Origin: an uncultured Bdellovibrionales bacterium
Lineage (GTDB): Bacteria > Bdellovibrionota_C > UBA2361 > J135
Direction: 5' to 3'
Length of the DNA stretch: 64,000 nt
Assembly (NCBI GenBank): GCA_964523015.1
Contig: CAZFXN010000001.1
Coordinates: 76,423-140,422, forward strand
Part shown: one piece after another, positions 38,600 to 47,629 of the stretch
Position numbering within the stretch: the stretch's first letter is position 1
Layout of the letters: each line of letters opens with the position of its first letter
Program-made: the position numbers and the translations under genes
The notes under the pieces: model-generated
The model's database searches: none
What the model saw: the letters and a program-made list of their open reading frames with translations, nothing else
Told to the model about the DNA's origin: nothing

Positions 38600-38629
38600 G
38601 ATCTTACCTAAAAGGTACCTGCCAATAGC

Positions 38630-39172
38630 TTAACCGTACCTGCCACAGACATTAGCCCTAGCTCCACCTTCAACTGTAAAAACATAGGTCTCTGACCCTT
38701 TCCTACAAGTTGCTTTTATCTCTGCAGCATCAGAGCACTTAAAGTTTGCCCGCCAATGCTGTCTATTTCCATTAGCGAAACAGCTATATGGAGTATGAGT
38801 CCAAGGCACGTTATTGATACAAACAAGGCTTGAAGTAGTGCCATCTCTTAAAGGAACTGAGCAGCTATCAAATTGTTTACTATATTTAGAGCTTATAATG
38901 ACAACTAAGTTCCCAGCCCCAGCCCCATGATCATCACCAGATGGCTTCCATAAATTACCTTCATTACCAAAATTTTCTGTAGTTTTGGATCCTGCTGGAG
39001 GGGCAATAGGCCCCTCTGCTATTGGATCAACTATCGAATCCCCTTGAGCACTTGGATCAGGAGTAGCCACTTCAGGATTCCCGCCTGTCTCATCAATAAA
39101 AGTATTGTTATCACTGCTCCCACATGCTGCTAAAGACATGACCGCTGATAATATAATAATTCTTTTAAGCAT
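38630..39172 (-). CDS. Lipoprotein. Its C-terminal ~110 aa domain is shared with the FG-GAP protein at 57663..59063.
   Basis: Lipobox LAAC. The C-terminus NEGNLWKPSGDDHG... corresponds to FEGNLWKPNSDTQHY... in the other protein. Confidence 0.55.
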   Translation of the reverse strand: MLKRIIILSAVMSLAACGSSDNNTFIDETGGNPEVATPDPSAQGDSIVDPIAEGPIAPPAGSKTTENFGNEGNLWKPSGDDHGAGAGNLVVIISSKYSKQFDSCSVPLRDGTTSSLVCINNVPWTHTPYSCFANGNRQHWRANFKCSDAAEIKATCRKGSETYVFTVEGGARANVCGRYG

Positions 39173-39744
39173 AATTATTTCCTTATTTAATGATTCAAGA
39201 GTCTAGGAGGAGCATGATTCTGTCAATGGTAAATAGTATAGATCAAAACCATTAAACTGCATTGTCTACACCATTATCTATTGTCTTTTGGTAGTGGTGC
39301 TTGTTAAAAAGATCGGTGATAATGCCTGTAATGGAGTTAGTAAGCACTAAATTTAATCGAAACCTATTATTAAGTATCCTAGTTGTTGGATTAGTTCTTT
39401 TTATCCGATTAGTTGATGTGGCAATAATTCATAATAACTGGAGAGGACTTATCATTAGTTCAATTCACATACTGATTGTTAGCTGTGGTAGTTATTTTAT
39501 CTTGAAAAGATCAGGAAACTAGCATCGAGTTATTATGCCCAACTCTGTATCTAGTGCAGTCTGATACATATAAACACCGTTTGACTTAAGCTCGTCTCTA
39601 ACCTAGCGCGTTTCCATCCATTTTTTACAAAACATTTACGAATCCTCTATGCAAGGGTGACAACTATTAGTTCCCATCATGCAACAAATGCATACAAGAA
39701 AATTGAGCCGAAACAAATCGCCAAGTAAAACCAAGGAGGGAACG

Positions 39745-40413
39745 ATGGCACGTAAAGCAAAAATTAAAGATCAAGAGCCGAAAGAGTTAACTGATCTTCA
39801 GTTAGTAGAGAATTTAAAAAATGGATCAGAAGAGGCATTTGATACAATCGTAAGAAAGTATGAGTCAAAGATCTTTAATTTAGCAATTAGCTTTACCCGT
39901 AATACCGAAGATGCGGAAGAAGTTCTACAAGACGTATTTGTAACTCTTTTTAGAAAAGTAGATAGTTTTCAGGGAAAATCTGCATTCTCAAGTTGGTTAT
40001 ATAGAATAACTGTAAATGCCGCTTTTATGCGGCTTAGAAAAAACCGCCAAGAGAAAAGTACTCCTGTAGAGGACATTACTCCTGCTATGGAGATGCAATC
40101 TGGGGATATTGATAAGGCTTCTTTTCCATCAAGTGAAACGATCTCTATTAACGAAGAGCTTAAATCCACCCTCTTTAAAGCTATTAATAAGCTTCCAGAT
40201 GAGTACAGAAACGTTTTTATCCTAAGAGACGTTGATGGATTAACCAATAAGGAGACCGGCGAGATTTTAACCCTATCGATACCAGCAGTTAAATCTAGGC
40301 TTCATAGAGCTAGGTTGATGCTAAGAAAGAAGCTTCAAAGGTGCTATCAGGATTATACCTCTTCAACTGAGATAGCTGGAATTGCCCCTAGGTATCTTCA
40401 TGAGGGAAGTTAA
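39745..40413 (+). CDS. ECF-type sigma-70 family RNA polymerase sigma factor. The ORF track starts at 39679; the ATG at 39745 has an aaggaggg RBS.
   Basis: Region 2 is FDTIVRKYESKIFNLAISFTRNTEDAEEVLQDVFVTLFRK...WLYRITVNAA. Region 4 is LPDEYRNVFILRDVDGLTNKETGEILTLSIPAVKSRLHRAR. Confidence 0.8.
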   Translation: MARKAKIKDQEPKELTDLQLVENLKNGSEEAFDTIVRKYESKIFNLAISFTRNTEDAEEVLQDVFVTLFRKVDSFQGKSAFSSWLYRITVNAAFMRLRKNRQEKSTPVEDITPAMEMQSGDIDKASFPSSETISINEELKSTLFKAINKLPDEYRNVFILRDVDGLTNKETGEILTLSIPAVKSRLHRARLMLRKKLQRCYQDYTSSTEIAGIAPRYLHEGS

Positions 40414-40681
40414 ACCGAAAAGTCCTTCATTCTCAAATTACTAACGATGTTCTATTTATTTGACTCTGAGTCAAATAATATGTAACACTCTACGAATCTC
40501 ACCTAATAACAATGCATAGAGACAGATTCTCTATGCGATTGCATCTAATAATCTTAGTGATTTCAGGGTGTTGTAGGTTTCCTGAGTATCTTAGAAGGTT
40601 CTTAACAATCGCAAAAGAATAGAAAAAAAGAGAAAAAGAAGAGAAGAGTCAATTAAACTAAGTTAACGAGGTAGTGTAGTT

Positions 40682-41401
40682 ATGTGTAATCAAAAATTTC
40701 TTATTAGTGGCTTATTCCTTTCTTCCTGCTTATTTCTAAGTTCGGCGATTGCGGAAGATTATTCTTATCTTCCATCAGCGGATCCGATTATCCTTGAAGC
40801 AAAAACACAGTGTGAAAAGGATATAAATAAAGCACGAAAGAGTATCAAAAAAGCATGTAAAAATATTGCAAAGCTTAATGGTAAGAGCATCCCTAAAGAG
40901 GAAGCAAGGATCACTAAAGAAGAGCAAAAATTAATTTCTACCGTTAATAAGAATGATACTAAGCTTGTCCAAACTCAGCAAAAACTACACAACTCCTGTG
41001 AAAAATCAAAAAACAGTATCTATCAGCAGTTGGCTAAGAATACACTCTTAAAGCAAAATATACTGAGTGCGATTGGTAACTGTGTCCTTGGCATATTTGG
41101 CATTGGAGATGGTTGCTCTGATAAGAACCAAAAGGATCTATTAAAACTGATTGATCAGGACTCAAAATTACTTCTAAAGCTTGAGGCGCTAGATGATAAA
41201 TGCGATCAGAAAAAGCAACAGAATATTCAGAAAACAACACAAAAGAACAATGATACTGCATTCAAAGCTGAATCTAATATCACTGGATACGATCTTAACA
41301 TTCAAAGCTTTGAAAGCGATATCGTAGAATTTATTAATGATATCGACGATTACAATGACCAGATCGCAGCTTGTGGTGGTCCACAAGTAAGTTGTCCGTA
41401 A
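40682..41401 (+). CDS. Secreted Cys-containing coiled-coil protein (hypothetical)
   Basis: A signal peptide followed by a K/Q/E-rich coiled coil. It lies downstream of the ECF sigma gene. Confidence 0.45.
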   Translation: MCNQKFLISGLFLSSCLFLSSAIAEDYSYLPSADPIILEAKTQCEKDINKARKSIKKACKNIAKLNGKSIPKEEARITKEEQKLISTVNKNDTKLVQTQQKLHNSCEKSKNSIYQQLAKNTLLKQNILSAIGNCVLGIFGIGDGCSDKNQKDLLKLIDQDSKLLLKLEALDDKCDQKKQQNIQKTTQKNNDTAFKAESNITGYDLNIQSFESDIVEFINDIDDYNDQIAACGGPQVSCP

Positions 41402-41416
41402 TCAAAAATACAAGGT

Positions 41417-41441
41417 AAAAGAGGATTAATCGTCCTCTTTT
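41417..41441. terminator. Bidirectional hairpin (aaaagagga-ttaatcg-tcctctttt) between convergent genes
   Basis: A 9 bp stem flanked by T/A runs, between 40682..41401 (+) and 41468..42256 (-). Confidence 0.5.
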
Positions 41442-41486
41442 ACTCGCCCTCTTTTAACCGTCATCTTTTACTCGTCCTCTTTTACT
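41431..41486. repeat. Tandem 14 bp repeat x4 (cgtcctcttttact-like units)
   Basis: The units are cgtcctcttttact, cgccctcttttaac, cgtcatcttttact and cgtcctcttttact. The last units overlap the final codons and stop of the minus-strand gene 41468..42256. Confidence 0.85.
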
Positions 41487-42256
41487 TCAAAAATATTAAT
41501 GCCGCTATGATAGTCCTCTGTCTTAGCGGCATCAACTTTTTTAAGACTCTGAATTAGCTGAGTTAACTTATTAAGATTTAGCTTCATCGCCGAAATTGTA
41601 TCTTTATGTCGCGCATCCTCTGGAGGTAAAGACTCAAGCAGATGAAAGTGTAACTTAAGTGCTGTTATAGGCTGTCCCAAAGCATGAGCGGCAGTCCCTG
41701 CAAGTTGAGTAGCACATAGCTGTCTCTCTTGAAGTATAATTTTATCCTGTGCCTCTTGCAGCAGTTGATTTTGATAGATTAGTTTTAGACTCAATGTTCT
41801 GGCTCTAAGTAATACTAAAAGTCTTGCTTTTAATTCTTGAAAAACAAATGGCTTTGTTAAAAAATCATCTGCCCCCTCTTCAAAGGCTGCAATTTTATAC
41901 TTAAGAGTATCAACCTTACTCTTTTGATCCGTCATACTAGTCAGAATTAAGATCGGAACGAGATTTCCTTCAGGTTGCTCTTTTATCCATTTGCATAGAT
42001 CAAGATTTCGACCATCTATTGCTGTAAGATCAAGGATGACCAGATCAGGTAAAGTTCTGCTGTACTCCTCTTTAGCTTGCAATGCCGTCGAAGCAGGAAA
42101 TGCCCTATGTCCCATTGATGATAAAGTTCTACAGACTAGATCACTCACCTCATGGTCCTGATCTACGATAAGCACTGAAAAGCTGTGCTTATCAGTGTCA
42201 GCTTTCTTTATATGCTTATTTTTTGTGTAATTGTGAGTAGTTAAAGAAGTTGCCAA
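41468..42256 (-). CDS. Response-regulator receiver domain fused to a HisKA-like (DHp) domain with no ATPase domain; a second copy of the 35373..36056 architecture
   Basis: The receiver domain is VLIVDQDHEV...DLVILDLTAIDG...DDFLTKPF. A coiled coil is followed by the H-box TAAHALGQPITAL. Confidence 0.55.
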   Translation of the reverse strand: MATSLTTHNYTKNKHIKKADTDKHSFSVLIVDQDHEVSDLVCRTLSSMGHRAFPASTALQAKEEYSRTLPDLVILDLTAIDGRNLDLCKWIKEQPEGNLVPILILTSMTDQKSKVDTLKYKIAAFEEGADDFLTKPFVFQELKARLLVLLRARTLSLKLIYQNQLLQEAQDKIILQERQLCATQLAGTAAHALGQPITALKLHFHLLESLPPEDARHKDTISAMKLNLNKLTQLIQSLKKVDAAKTEDYHSGINIFEVKEDE

Positions 42257-42431
42257 AACGTAACCTATATTAAAATCCCTATATAGATTATCTGCATTTT
42301 TTAAGGACTTCTAAAGGGAAAGTACGAATTAAATAGATCTCCATTAACGCACCTAAATTACTACTATTTTCATGGCAGGATTCGATAGAAATCCCATGGA
42401 ATACAAATAGAATGGAAATGTTCCAGGCGGA

Positions 42432-42764
42432 TCACTTGATCCGTAGCACACCCTTTAGTTGCTCTGTAATAGTAGGGTCAGTAAGTAAAATATCCTCTAC
42501 AAAGAGGCGTGTTTTCTCTGCCTGCTGACCAGTAAGTGATAATTTCGTTACTACATTGCTAGATATTGCTGTCACTGCCTCCTCAACGGAGTGAAATACA
42601 GTGCTCTTTAGTGATTCAATCTCCTCTTTCCATAAATTTATTAACTCTTCTGTTTCCCGACTAGGGGTATCTGTGCTCTCTTTTGGTTTAAAAAAACTCT
42701 TAATCTTTTGCTTAGAAACCTCTTTTTCATCAAGAATCTTTTGACTCTTCGCCATGACTATCAC
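42432..42764 (-). CDS. Hypothetical small protein (110 aa) at the distal end of the T3SS-like gene set
   Basis: An ORF that overlaps the 3' end of the TPR gene by 35 nt. Confidence 0.3.
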   Translation of the reverse strand: MIVMAKSQKILDEKEVSKQKIKSFFKPKESTDTPSRETEELINLWKEEIESLKSTVFHSVEEAVTAISSNVVTKLSLTGQQAEKTRLFVEDILLTDPTITEQLKGVLRIK

Positions 42765-43311
42765 CTTTATTAAATGGATCTGATCTATTGATCTGATCCT
42801 GATTATGCCTTAGTAGCGGACTCCTTCCTACTACCCAAGCCTTTAAAAGCTCCCTTTTAGCGTAAAAGGTGCTCTCACCTTTATATTCAGCTAAAAATAC
42901 CGAAAAGTTTCCTCTTATTTTATAATTTGAGGGGTCTTGCGCCAATGCTTGTAAATACAGTTGGTTAGCGACCTCTAAGTTTCCCTGCTGTTCCTTAAGG
43001 AGAGCTAAATTACCAAGGGCGTTAGCATAGGATGGATCTACCGCATATGCAGTCCTAAACAGCCTCTCTGCGCGCTCATGCTCCCCCCTAAGCATTGCTA
43101 CAGAACCAAGACCATCAAGGGCAGCAGCGAATCGCCCAATCTCATAGGCAGCCTCAAAAGTAGCTTCAGCCTCTTCTAGATCCCCTTGTCGTAGCATCAC
43201 AACCCCTTCGTCAATGAGCTGCAACGCTTTGTGCCGCTCAGTTAACTCAGGTTGATAGATATAACATCCCTGCAAAAAAAGTATGAAGCCTGTAACTAGA
43301 ACTTTTTTCAT
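42730..43311 (-). CDS. TPR-repeat protein with a lipoprotein-type signal peptide
   Basis: MKKVLVTGFILFLQGCY is a lipobox, followed by 3-4 TPRs (AEATFEAAYEIGRFAAALDGLG..., AERLFRTAYAVDPSYANALGNLA...). Its start overlaps the SctV/FlhA stop. Confidence 0.6.
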   Translation of the reverse strand: MKKVLVTGFILFLQGCYIYQPELTERHKALQLIDEGVVMLRQGDLEEAEATFEAAYEIGRFAAALDGLGSVAMLRGEHERAERLFRTAYAVDPSYANALGNLALLKEQQGNLEVANQLYLQALAQDPSNYKIRGNFSVFLAEYKGESTFYAKRELLKAWVVGRSPLLRHNQDQINRSDPFNKGDSHGEESKDS

Positions 43312-45155
43312 GCTGCCAACTCCATCATTACCCTCTCTTCATCGTGAGCAGGTAACTCAATATGACCTAAAATATTAAGAGCACATCCTTCGGTTAATTC
43401 CTCATAGGCTAAGACTGGTACTTTTATTCCTCGTATCTCTAAACACTCTCGTACAAGTCGTCGGGATCCTCTTGATGTTATTACAACCTGATTTTTATTA
43501 AGGGAGAATGTTTTAATCTTTTCTACAATCACCTTTATCTGTTCAGCATCTGCTCCCTTATCCTCTCTCTCCGCACGTACTAATGCCAAATCCAAAAATG
43601 GATCTAGTGCATATGCTTCTATTAAATTTTCATTATTTGAAAATCTATCACTGACAACTCTTTTAAGTGCTATTCGCACCTCTTCTAAGAGGATCCTTTC
43701 ATTTGCTGCTTTCGGACCGAATTCAGCTATAGCTTGTAAAATGATATCAAAGTGCCTAATTGTTATCCCCTCTCTAACTAGTGATTTTAAGATCGAACTA
43801 AGCTGAGTTACGGTAATTACTCCTGGCACTACCGAGGAGATCAATTCAGGAGCTTCAAGATCAAAGGTATCTAATAACTTTCTAGTCATAATATCATCGA
43901 TAAACTCTACCGGTTGATTTGTAATAACTCTCTCTGAGGTACTAGTAATATTTTTAACAGAGATCTCCTTTGAGCTATATTCCTGTTTTACTAAAACTCC
44001 ACGAACATAAACTAAAAATGGCTCTATTTGAGTCTCTTCAACTTTTGCATAGGGCTTTTGGATCAGTATGCCGATCTGATCATAGATTCTCTGTCTCATG
44101 ACCTCTAGTTCAGTATTTAGAGTATTTTCTAAAAGTACTTTTTGAACTGCATCTTTATTGAAACGAATTTCCAAAACCGGAACAAATTTTGGATTAAATA
44201 CTAATGGCTCTACTTTTGTTTCATCAACCTTTTTAGGAACGATAGCTCCCATAATTAAAATCGCTGATAAAATTACAAACGGAAGTGCTGGTAATCCTGG
44301 CAAACAGGCTATAGTTAATCCGATTATTGCCGTAATAAATTGAACTTTTTTCTGACTAGTTAGTTGTGTCAATAAATCATTAGCTAGAGTGCCTCCATCA
44401 TTTAAAGAAACTCTGGTAACGATAATGCCAGCTGCCGTTGCATTTAGTAGCGCTGGTATTTGGGACAACAAACCATCGCCGATGGTAAGCAGGGTATACT
44501 TATGCAGTGCCGATCCAAAATCCAGATCCTGTACAAGTAATCCAATTAAAAGTCCCCCTACAATATTTATAGCGGTTACAATTAAACCAGCGATAGAATC
44601 ACCTTTTACAAATTTCATCGCTCCATCAAGGGATCCATAAAACCGAGATTCTGATTGAAGTTCATCACGCTTGCGGCTGGCCGTTTCTGAATCGATTAAT
44701 CCTGCCCTAACATCAGCATCAATCGACATCTGTTTGCCAGGGAGAGCATCTAGCGTAAAACGAGCTGAAACTTCAGCAACTCGCTCTGCTCCCTTGGCTA
44801 CGACTAAGAATTGAACGAGGGTTATAATAAGAAAGACTACAAACCCAACTACAATGTTGCCCTGTACAACAACTTTACCAAATGCCGCGACTACTTCACC
44901 CGCACTCCCTGTGCTTAATATCATCCTAGTTGTGGCTATATTTAAGGAGAGTCGATAAAGAGTTGTTAATAAAAGTAAGGTTGGTAGTACAGATAATTTT
45001 AGTGGCTCAGTAATATATAAGCTACTCATCAATAACAATACAGCTAAAGTAAAGTTACTAACGAGGAGAAAGTTCAAAATTGTTTCGGGCAGAGGAATAA
45101 GCATCGTTGCTATGATTGCAACGATGCTTATAGGTACTAAGATCTCCTTTCCCAT
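43308..45155 (-). CDS. Type III secretion export-gate protein, FlhA/SctV (LcrD/InvA) family, 615 aa
   Basis: The N-terminal TM region and FHIPEP-type conservation (...PLPETILNFLLVSNFTLAVLLL...RFTLDALPGKQMSIDAD...) plus a C-terminal cytoplasmic domain match the FlhA/SctV family. Confidence 0.9.
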   Translation of the reverse strand: MGKEILVPISIVAIIATMLIPLPETILNFLLVSNFTLAVLLLMSSLYITEPLKLSVLPTLLLLTTLYRLSLNIATTRMILSTGSAGEVVAAFGKVVVQGNIVVGFVVFLIITLVQFLVVAKGAERVAEVSARFTLDALPGKQMSIDADVRAGLIDSETASRKRDELQSESRFYGSLDGAMKFVKGDSIAGLIVTAINIVGGLLIGLLVQDLDFGSALHKYTLLTIGDGLLSQIPALLNATAAGIIVTRVSLNDGGTLANDLLTQLTSQKKVQFITAIIGLTIACLPGLPALPFVILSAILIMGAIVPKKVDETKVEPLVFNPKFVPVLEIRFNKDAVQKVLLENTLNTELEVMRQRIYDQIGILIQKPYAKVEETQIEPFLVYVRGVLVKQEYSSKEISVKNITSTSERVITNQPVEFIDDIMTRKLLDTFDLEAPELISSVVPGVITVTQLSSILKSLVREGITIRHFDIILQAIAEFGPKAANERILLEEVRIALKRVVSDRFSNNENLIEAYALDPFLDLALVRAEREDKGADAEQIKVIVEKIKTFSLNKNQVVITSRGSRRLVRECLEIRGIKVPVLAYEELTEGCALNILGHIELPAHDEERVMMELAA

Positions 45156-45187
45156 CTGCCAGTTCTCACTTTAGTTACTAGGGCTGA

Positions 45188-45487
45188 TTATCCAGCTCTA
45201 AAATTTCTTACTGCAGCCATCTTTGATTCATGGCGAGTTTTTTCTATGTTTGATTCCATAGAGACTAACTGCATCTGCTCTTGAAGCTCCATCTGCTTCT
45301 CTAAAAGAGCTTGATAAGAGGGATCCAGTGAAATAGAACTGCCCCCACTACCGCCTGTCACTGCTTGGCCAACAGAACGCATCACACCACCAAACGCTGC
45401 TGCAACACTGCTTTTAGGCTCCGGTATAAAACGTAGCAGGTTTGATCCTCCACTTAGATATGCACCTAATGTTGATATTTTTTCCAT
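45188..45487 (-). CDS. Small T3SS needle / inner-rod-like protein (SctF/SctI-like), tentative
   Basis: A 99 aa protein with a Gly-rich N-terminus. Its C-terminus DPSYQALLEKQMELQEQMQL...KMAAVRNFR shows the same NP..L...Q...(~40 aa)...I.NFR spacing as MxiH/PrgI (...NPQLLAEYQ...AAIIQNFR). Confidence 0.4.
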   Translation of the reverse strand: MEKISTLGAYLSGGSNLLRFIPEPKSSVAAAFGGVMRSVGQAVTGGSGGSSISLDPSYQALLEKQMELQEQMQLVSMESNIEKTRHESKMAAVRNFRAG

Positions 45488-45523
45488 AATGCTCCTTAGA
45501 TCACGTTAGATTATTACCTCTCA

Positions 45524-46558
45524 CTAGTTTAATCGCAGATTTGAGCCAAAAGTTTCCTTACTTTTTATCTCAACCTCTAAAAATTCCCCTTTCCAACGAA
45601 TCTCTGCTTGTGCCCAAGCACGATTGCCAACTTCAATCGTTACAGGAATCTCAGAAGGGCAACCTAATTCAAGAGTCGTCCCTTTATTAAGACTTAAAAA
45701 CTCCTCTAAAGTTAATGTAATAGTTCCTAGAACAATTCTCGGTGAAATATTAACCCCACTATCTATTGTAGTTAACTTTTTGTTATCCATAATGCTCTCC
45801 TTAATAATTTTAAATTCGGACCCCTTCTCCCAACCAAGTTGGCAAGATGAGTTTAAATTTTGTGATGATGCGATAAGTGTGCATTGATTAAGATGTATCG
45901 AAAAATTACCAATAGGAAGCGCTGACAGTACTAACTCTAGTTTAAGTTGAACTGTTGCTTGATCCTTTGCTAAAACTTCCTTATCCGAATGAACCTCAAT
46001 CTTTGGCAATTTAATATCCGGATATGCAAATATGCATCTCATATCAATTAGTGATTCCGCTTTAACAATTGCTAACTCATATTTAAGGGATGATTCTATT
46101 GTAGTGGGGATAGTCGTGGAGAATGTAGTGGGAAATGTTGTGGGGAATGTAGTGGAGAATGTCTGCTTTATTTTAGAGATTGATAAACATCTCTCTGATT
46201 GTATCAATGCTCCAAGCCTTACAATATTCCGCCATATTGGCTGAGATATTGACTGAGATATTTTTCCTATCTTATTATCAAATCCGATACCTATTTCTAT
46301 TAAAGGCACAGAGCTCTCATGCGGATTCTCTAATTCAAAAACAATCCAAAAAAAATCTCGGTCGATTAATGAAGCAGATTCTAGAAGCTCAATATCCAAA
46401 ATTCTTTTACTAATAAGAAATGAAAGAGGATCAAGAAATATCTCTTTAATGACTCTTTTACGCCTTTGCAAATCTATTATTACTTCAGAATTTCTAATCT
46501 CAAATTCCATAATAGCTACGTTTGAGAAGATGAAAATAAAGGTGTAAGGCTCTGCCAA
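45524..46558 (-). CDS. SctQ / FliN-family protein with a C-terminal SpoA domain; contains an internal TTFP tandem repeat
   Basis: The C-terminus PRIVLGTITLTLEEFLSLNKGTTLELGCPSEIPVTIEVGNRAWAQAEIRWKGEFLEVEI is a SpoA (surface presentation of antigens) fold motif. The length (344 aa) is similar to YscQ. Confidence 0.65.
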   Translation of the reverse strand: MAEPYTFIFIFSNVAIMEFEIRNSEVIIDLQRRKRVIKEIFLDPLSFLISKRILDIELLESASLIDRDFFWIVFELENPHESSVPLIEIGIGFDNKIGKISQSISQPIWRNIVRLGALIQSERCLSISKIKQTFSTTFPTTFPTTFSTTIPTTIESSLKYELAIVKAESLIDMRCIFAYPDIKLPKIEVHSDKEVLAKDQATVQLKLELVLSALPIGNFSIHLNQCTLIASSQNLNSSCQLGWEKGSEFKIIKESIMDNKKLTTIDSGVNISPRIVLGTITLTLEEFLSLNKGTTLELGCPSEIPVTIEVGNRAWAQAEIRWKGEFLEVEIKSKETFGSNLRLN

Positions 46559-46716
46559 CTTTGAGGCACTAAGTATAGCTCTAAAAGTTTTGCCTGAACT
46601 TTTGAAGCTGTCTCCATTTCAAAACTATCAGCAGGAAAATCGATCCCTAAATCAAAGGTGGCGATTGAAAGTTGGTAAATCCATTCTGATTGTAAAGTTT
46701 CATCACTCATAATCAC
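46516..46716 (-). CDS. Small acidic ORF (about 64 aa from the ATG at 46713) between SctJ and SctQ, tentative
   Basis: GGAG lies 5 nt upstream of the ATG. It sits inside the secretion gene set and its end overlaps the SctQ start. Confidence 0.3.
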   Translation of the reverse strand: MIMSDETLQSEWIYQLSIATFDLGIDFPADSFEMETASKVQAKLLELYLVPQSWQSLTPLFSSSQT

Positions 46717-46726
46717 TCCTTAGTAT

Positions 46727-47629
46727 TTATTCTTTAAATCTAGCTGCCTCAAATTGTGTATGTAGCTTTGCAATTCGTTGTCGCTGCTTACCTTTTAGTT
46801 TTGTTATTCCAAACATAACTACACAAAAAACTAGGGTTGAGAACATAACTCCACCAAACACTTCAGCACGTGTTGGAGTAATCTCAGCGAACCATGTTTG
46901 ACTGAACCATGTCGGAGGAACTTTCACTGGACTAAGTGTCTGAGCAAGTGGAGGTTCAGATTTTGTTACTAAAATACTTATCTTTTCAGAGATGACTCCT
47001 GAGGCCCCTGAGACAAGTTGTGCTAGATCTAGTTTATCAATACTAAAATCACTCTGGGCAATTAGTAGTACACTGGCACTTCCACTATCTTTATCTGACT
47101 TTGTACCAAGAATTGGATCTACCTGTGGTAGATTTAAGTGCACCCGAGCATCAAGAACTCCTTCAATACTTAGTAAAGTTCTCTCAATTTCTTGACTTAA
47201 TCCACGCTCATATTCAAATCTTTGAGTTTCTCTACTAGAAATCATCGAACTTTTCTTAGGTGGGGTATCCTGATCAGATTTAACAATCCTTTTCTCCCCT
47301 AGAATTCGTAAAGCAGGAACCATTTCAGAGGAGTCAACTGCGATACTCCATTTACCATCTGTTTGAAATTCTTTTGTGCTCTCGATTCCTGAATGGCTTA
47401 ATGCGGCAAAGACGCGGTTGGCATCTGTTTCTGAGAGGTTATGTAGAACTTTCTCTTTACATCCAGTAAGGAGAATTAACAGGATAATCAGTAGATGGAT
47501 CTTAAAAAAACTAGGCGGCTTCTGCTGCTTGTTTACGCAGCTCTTCGAAATACCGTCTCTTAACCAGATCAATGGCTCTGCTGTGTAATCTAGAAACCCA
47601 GGATTTTGACATCTCTTCGTTTTCATCAA
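46727..47629 (-). CDS. SctJ (YscJ/PrgK/EscJ) family inner-membrane ring lipoprotein
   Basis: The lipobox LLTGCK is followed by ...LSETDANRVFAALSHSGIESTKE...WSIAVDSSEMVPALRILGEKRI...RTLLSIEGVLDARVHLNLP, which is co-linear with YscJ (...RTLSEIDGVLVARVHVVLP), plus a C-terminal TM helix. The region before the signal peptide is unusual, and the start overlaps the sigma-28 gene. Confidence 0.8.
   Translation of the reverse strand: MMKTKRCQNPGFLDYTAEPLIWLRDGISKSCVNKQQKPPSFFKIHLLIILLILLTGCKEKVLHNLSETDANRVFAALSHSGIESTKEFQTDGKWSIAVDSSEMVPALRILGEKRIVKSDQDTPPKKSSMISSRETQRFEYERGLSQEIERTLLSIEGVLDARVHLNLPQVDPILGTKSDKDSGSASVLLIAQSDFSIDKLDLAQLVSGASGVISEKISILVTKSEPPLAQTLSPVKVPPTWFSQTWFAEITPTRAEVFGGVMFSTLVFCVVMFGITKLKGKQRQRIAKLHTQFEAARFKE

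Noticed and set aside
39301-39522. 73 aa hydrophobic ORF
   Set aside because: Possibly a small membrane protein, but it has no support beyond hydrophobicity. I left it uncalled.
41431-41486. Possible CRISPR-like array
   Set aside because: The units are 14 bp and contiguous, with no spacers and no cas genes. This is a simple tandem repeat.
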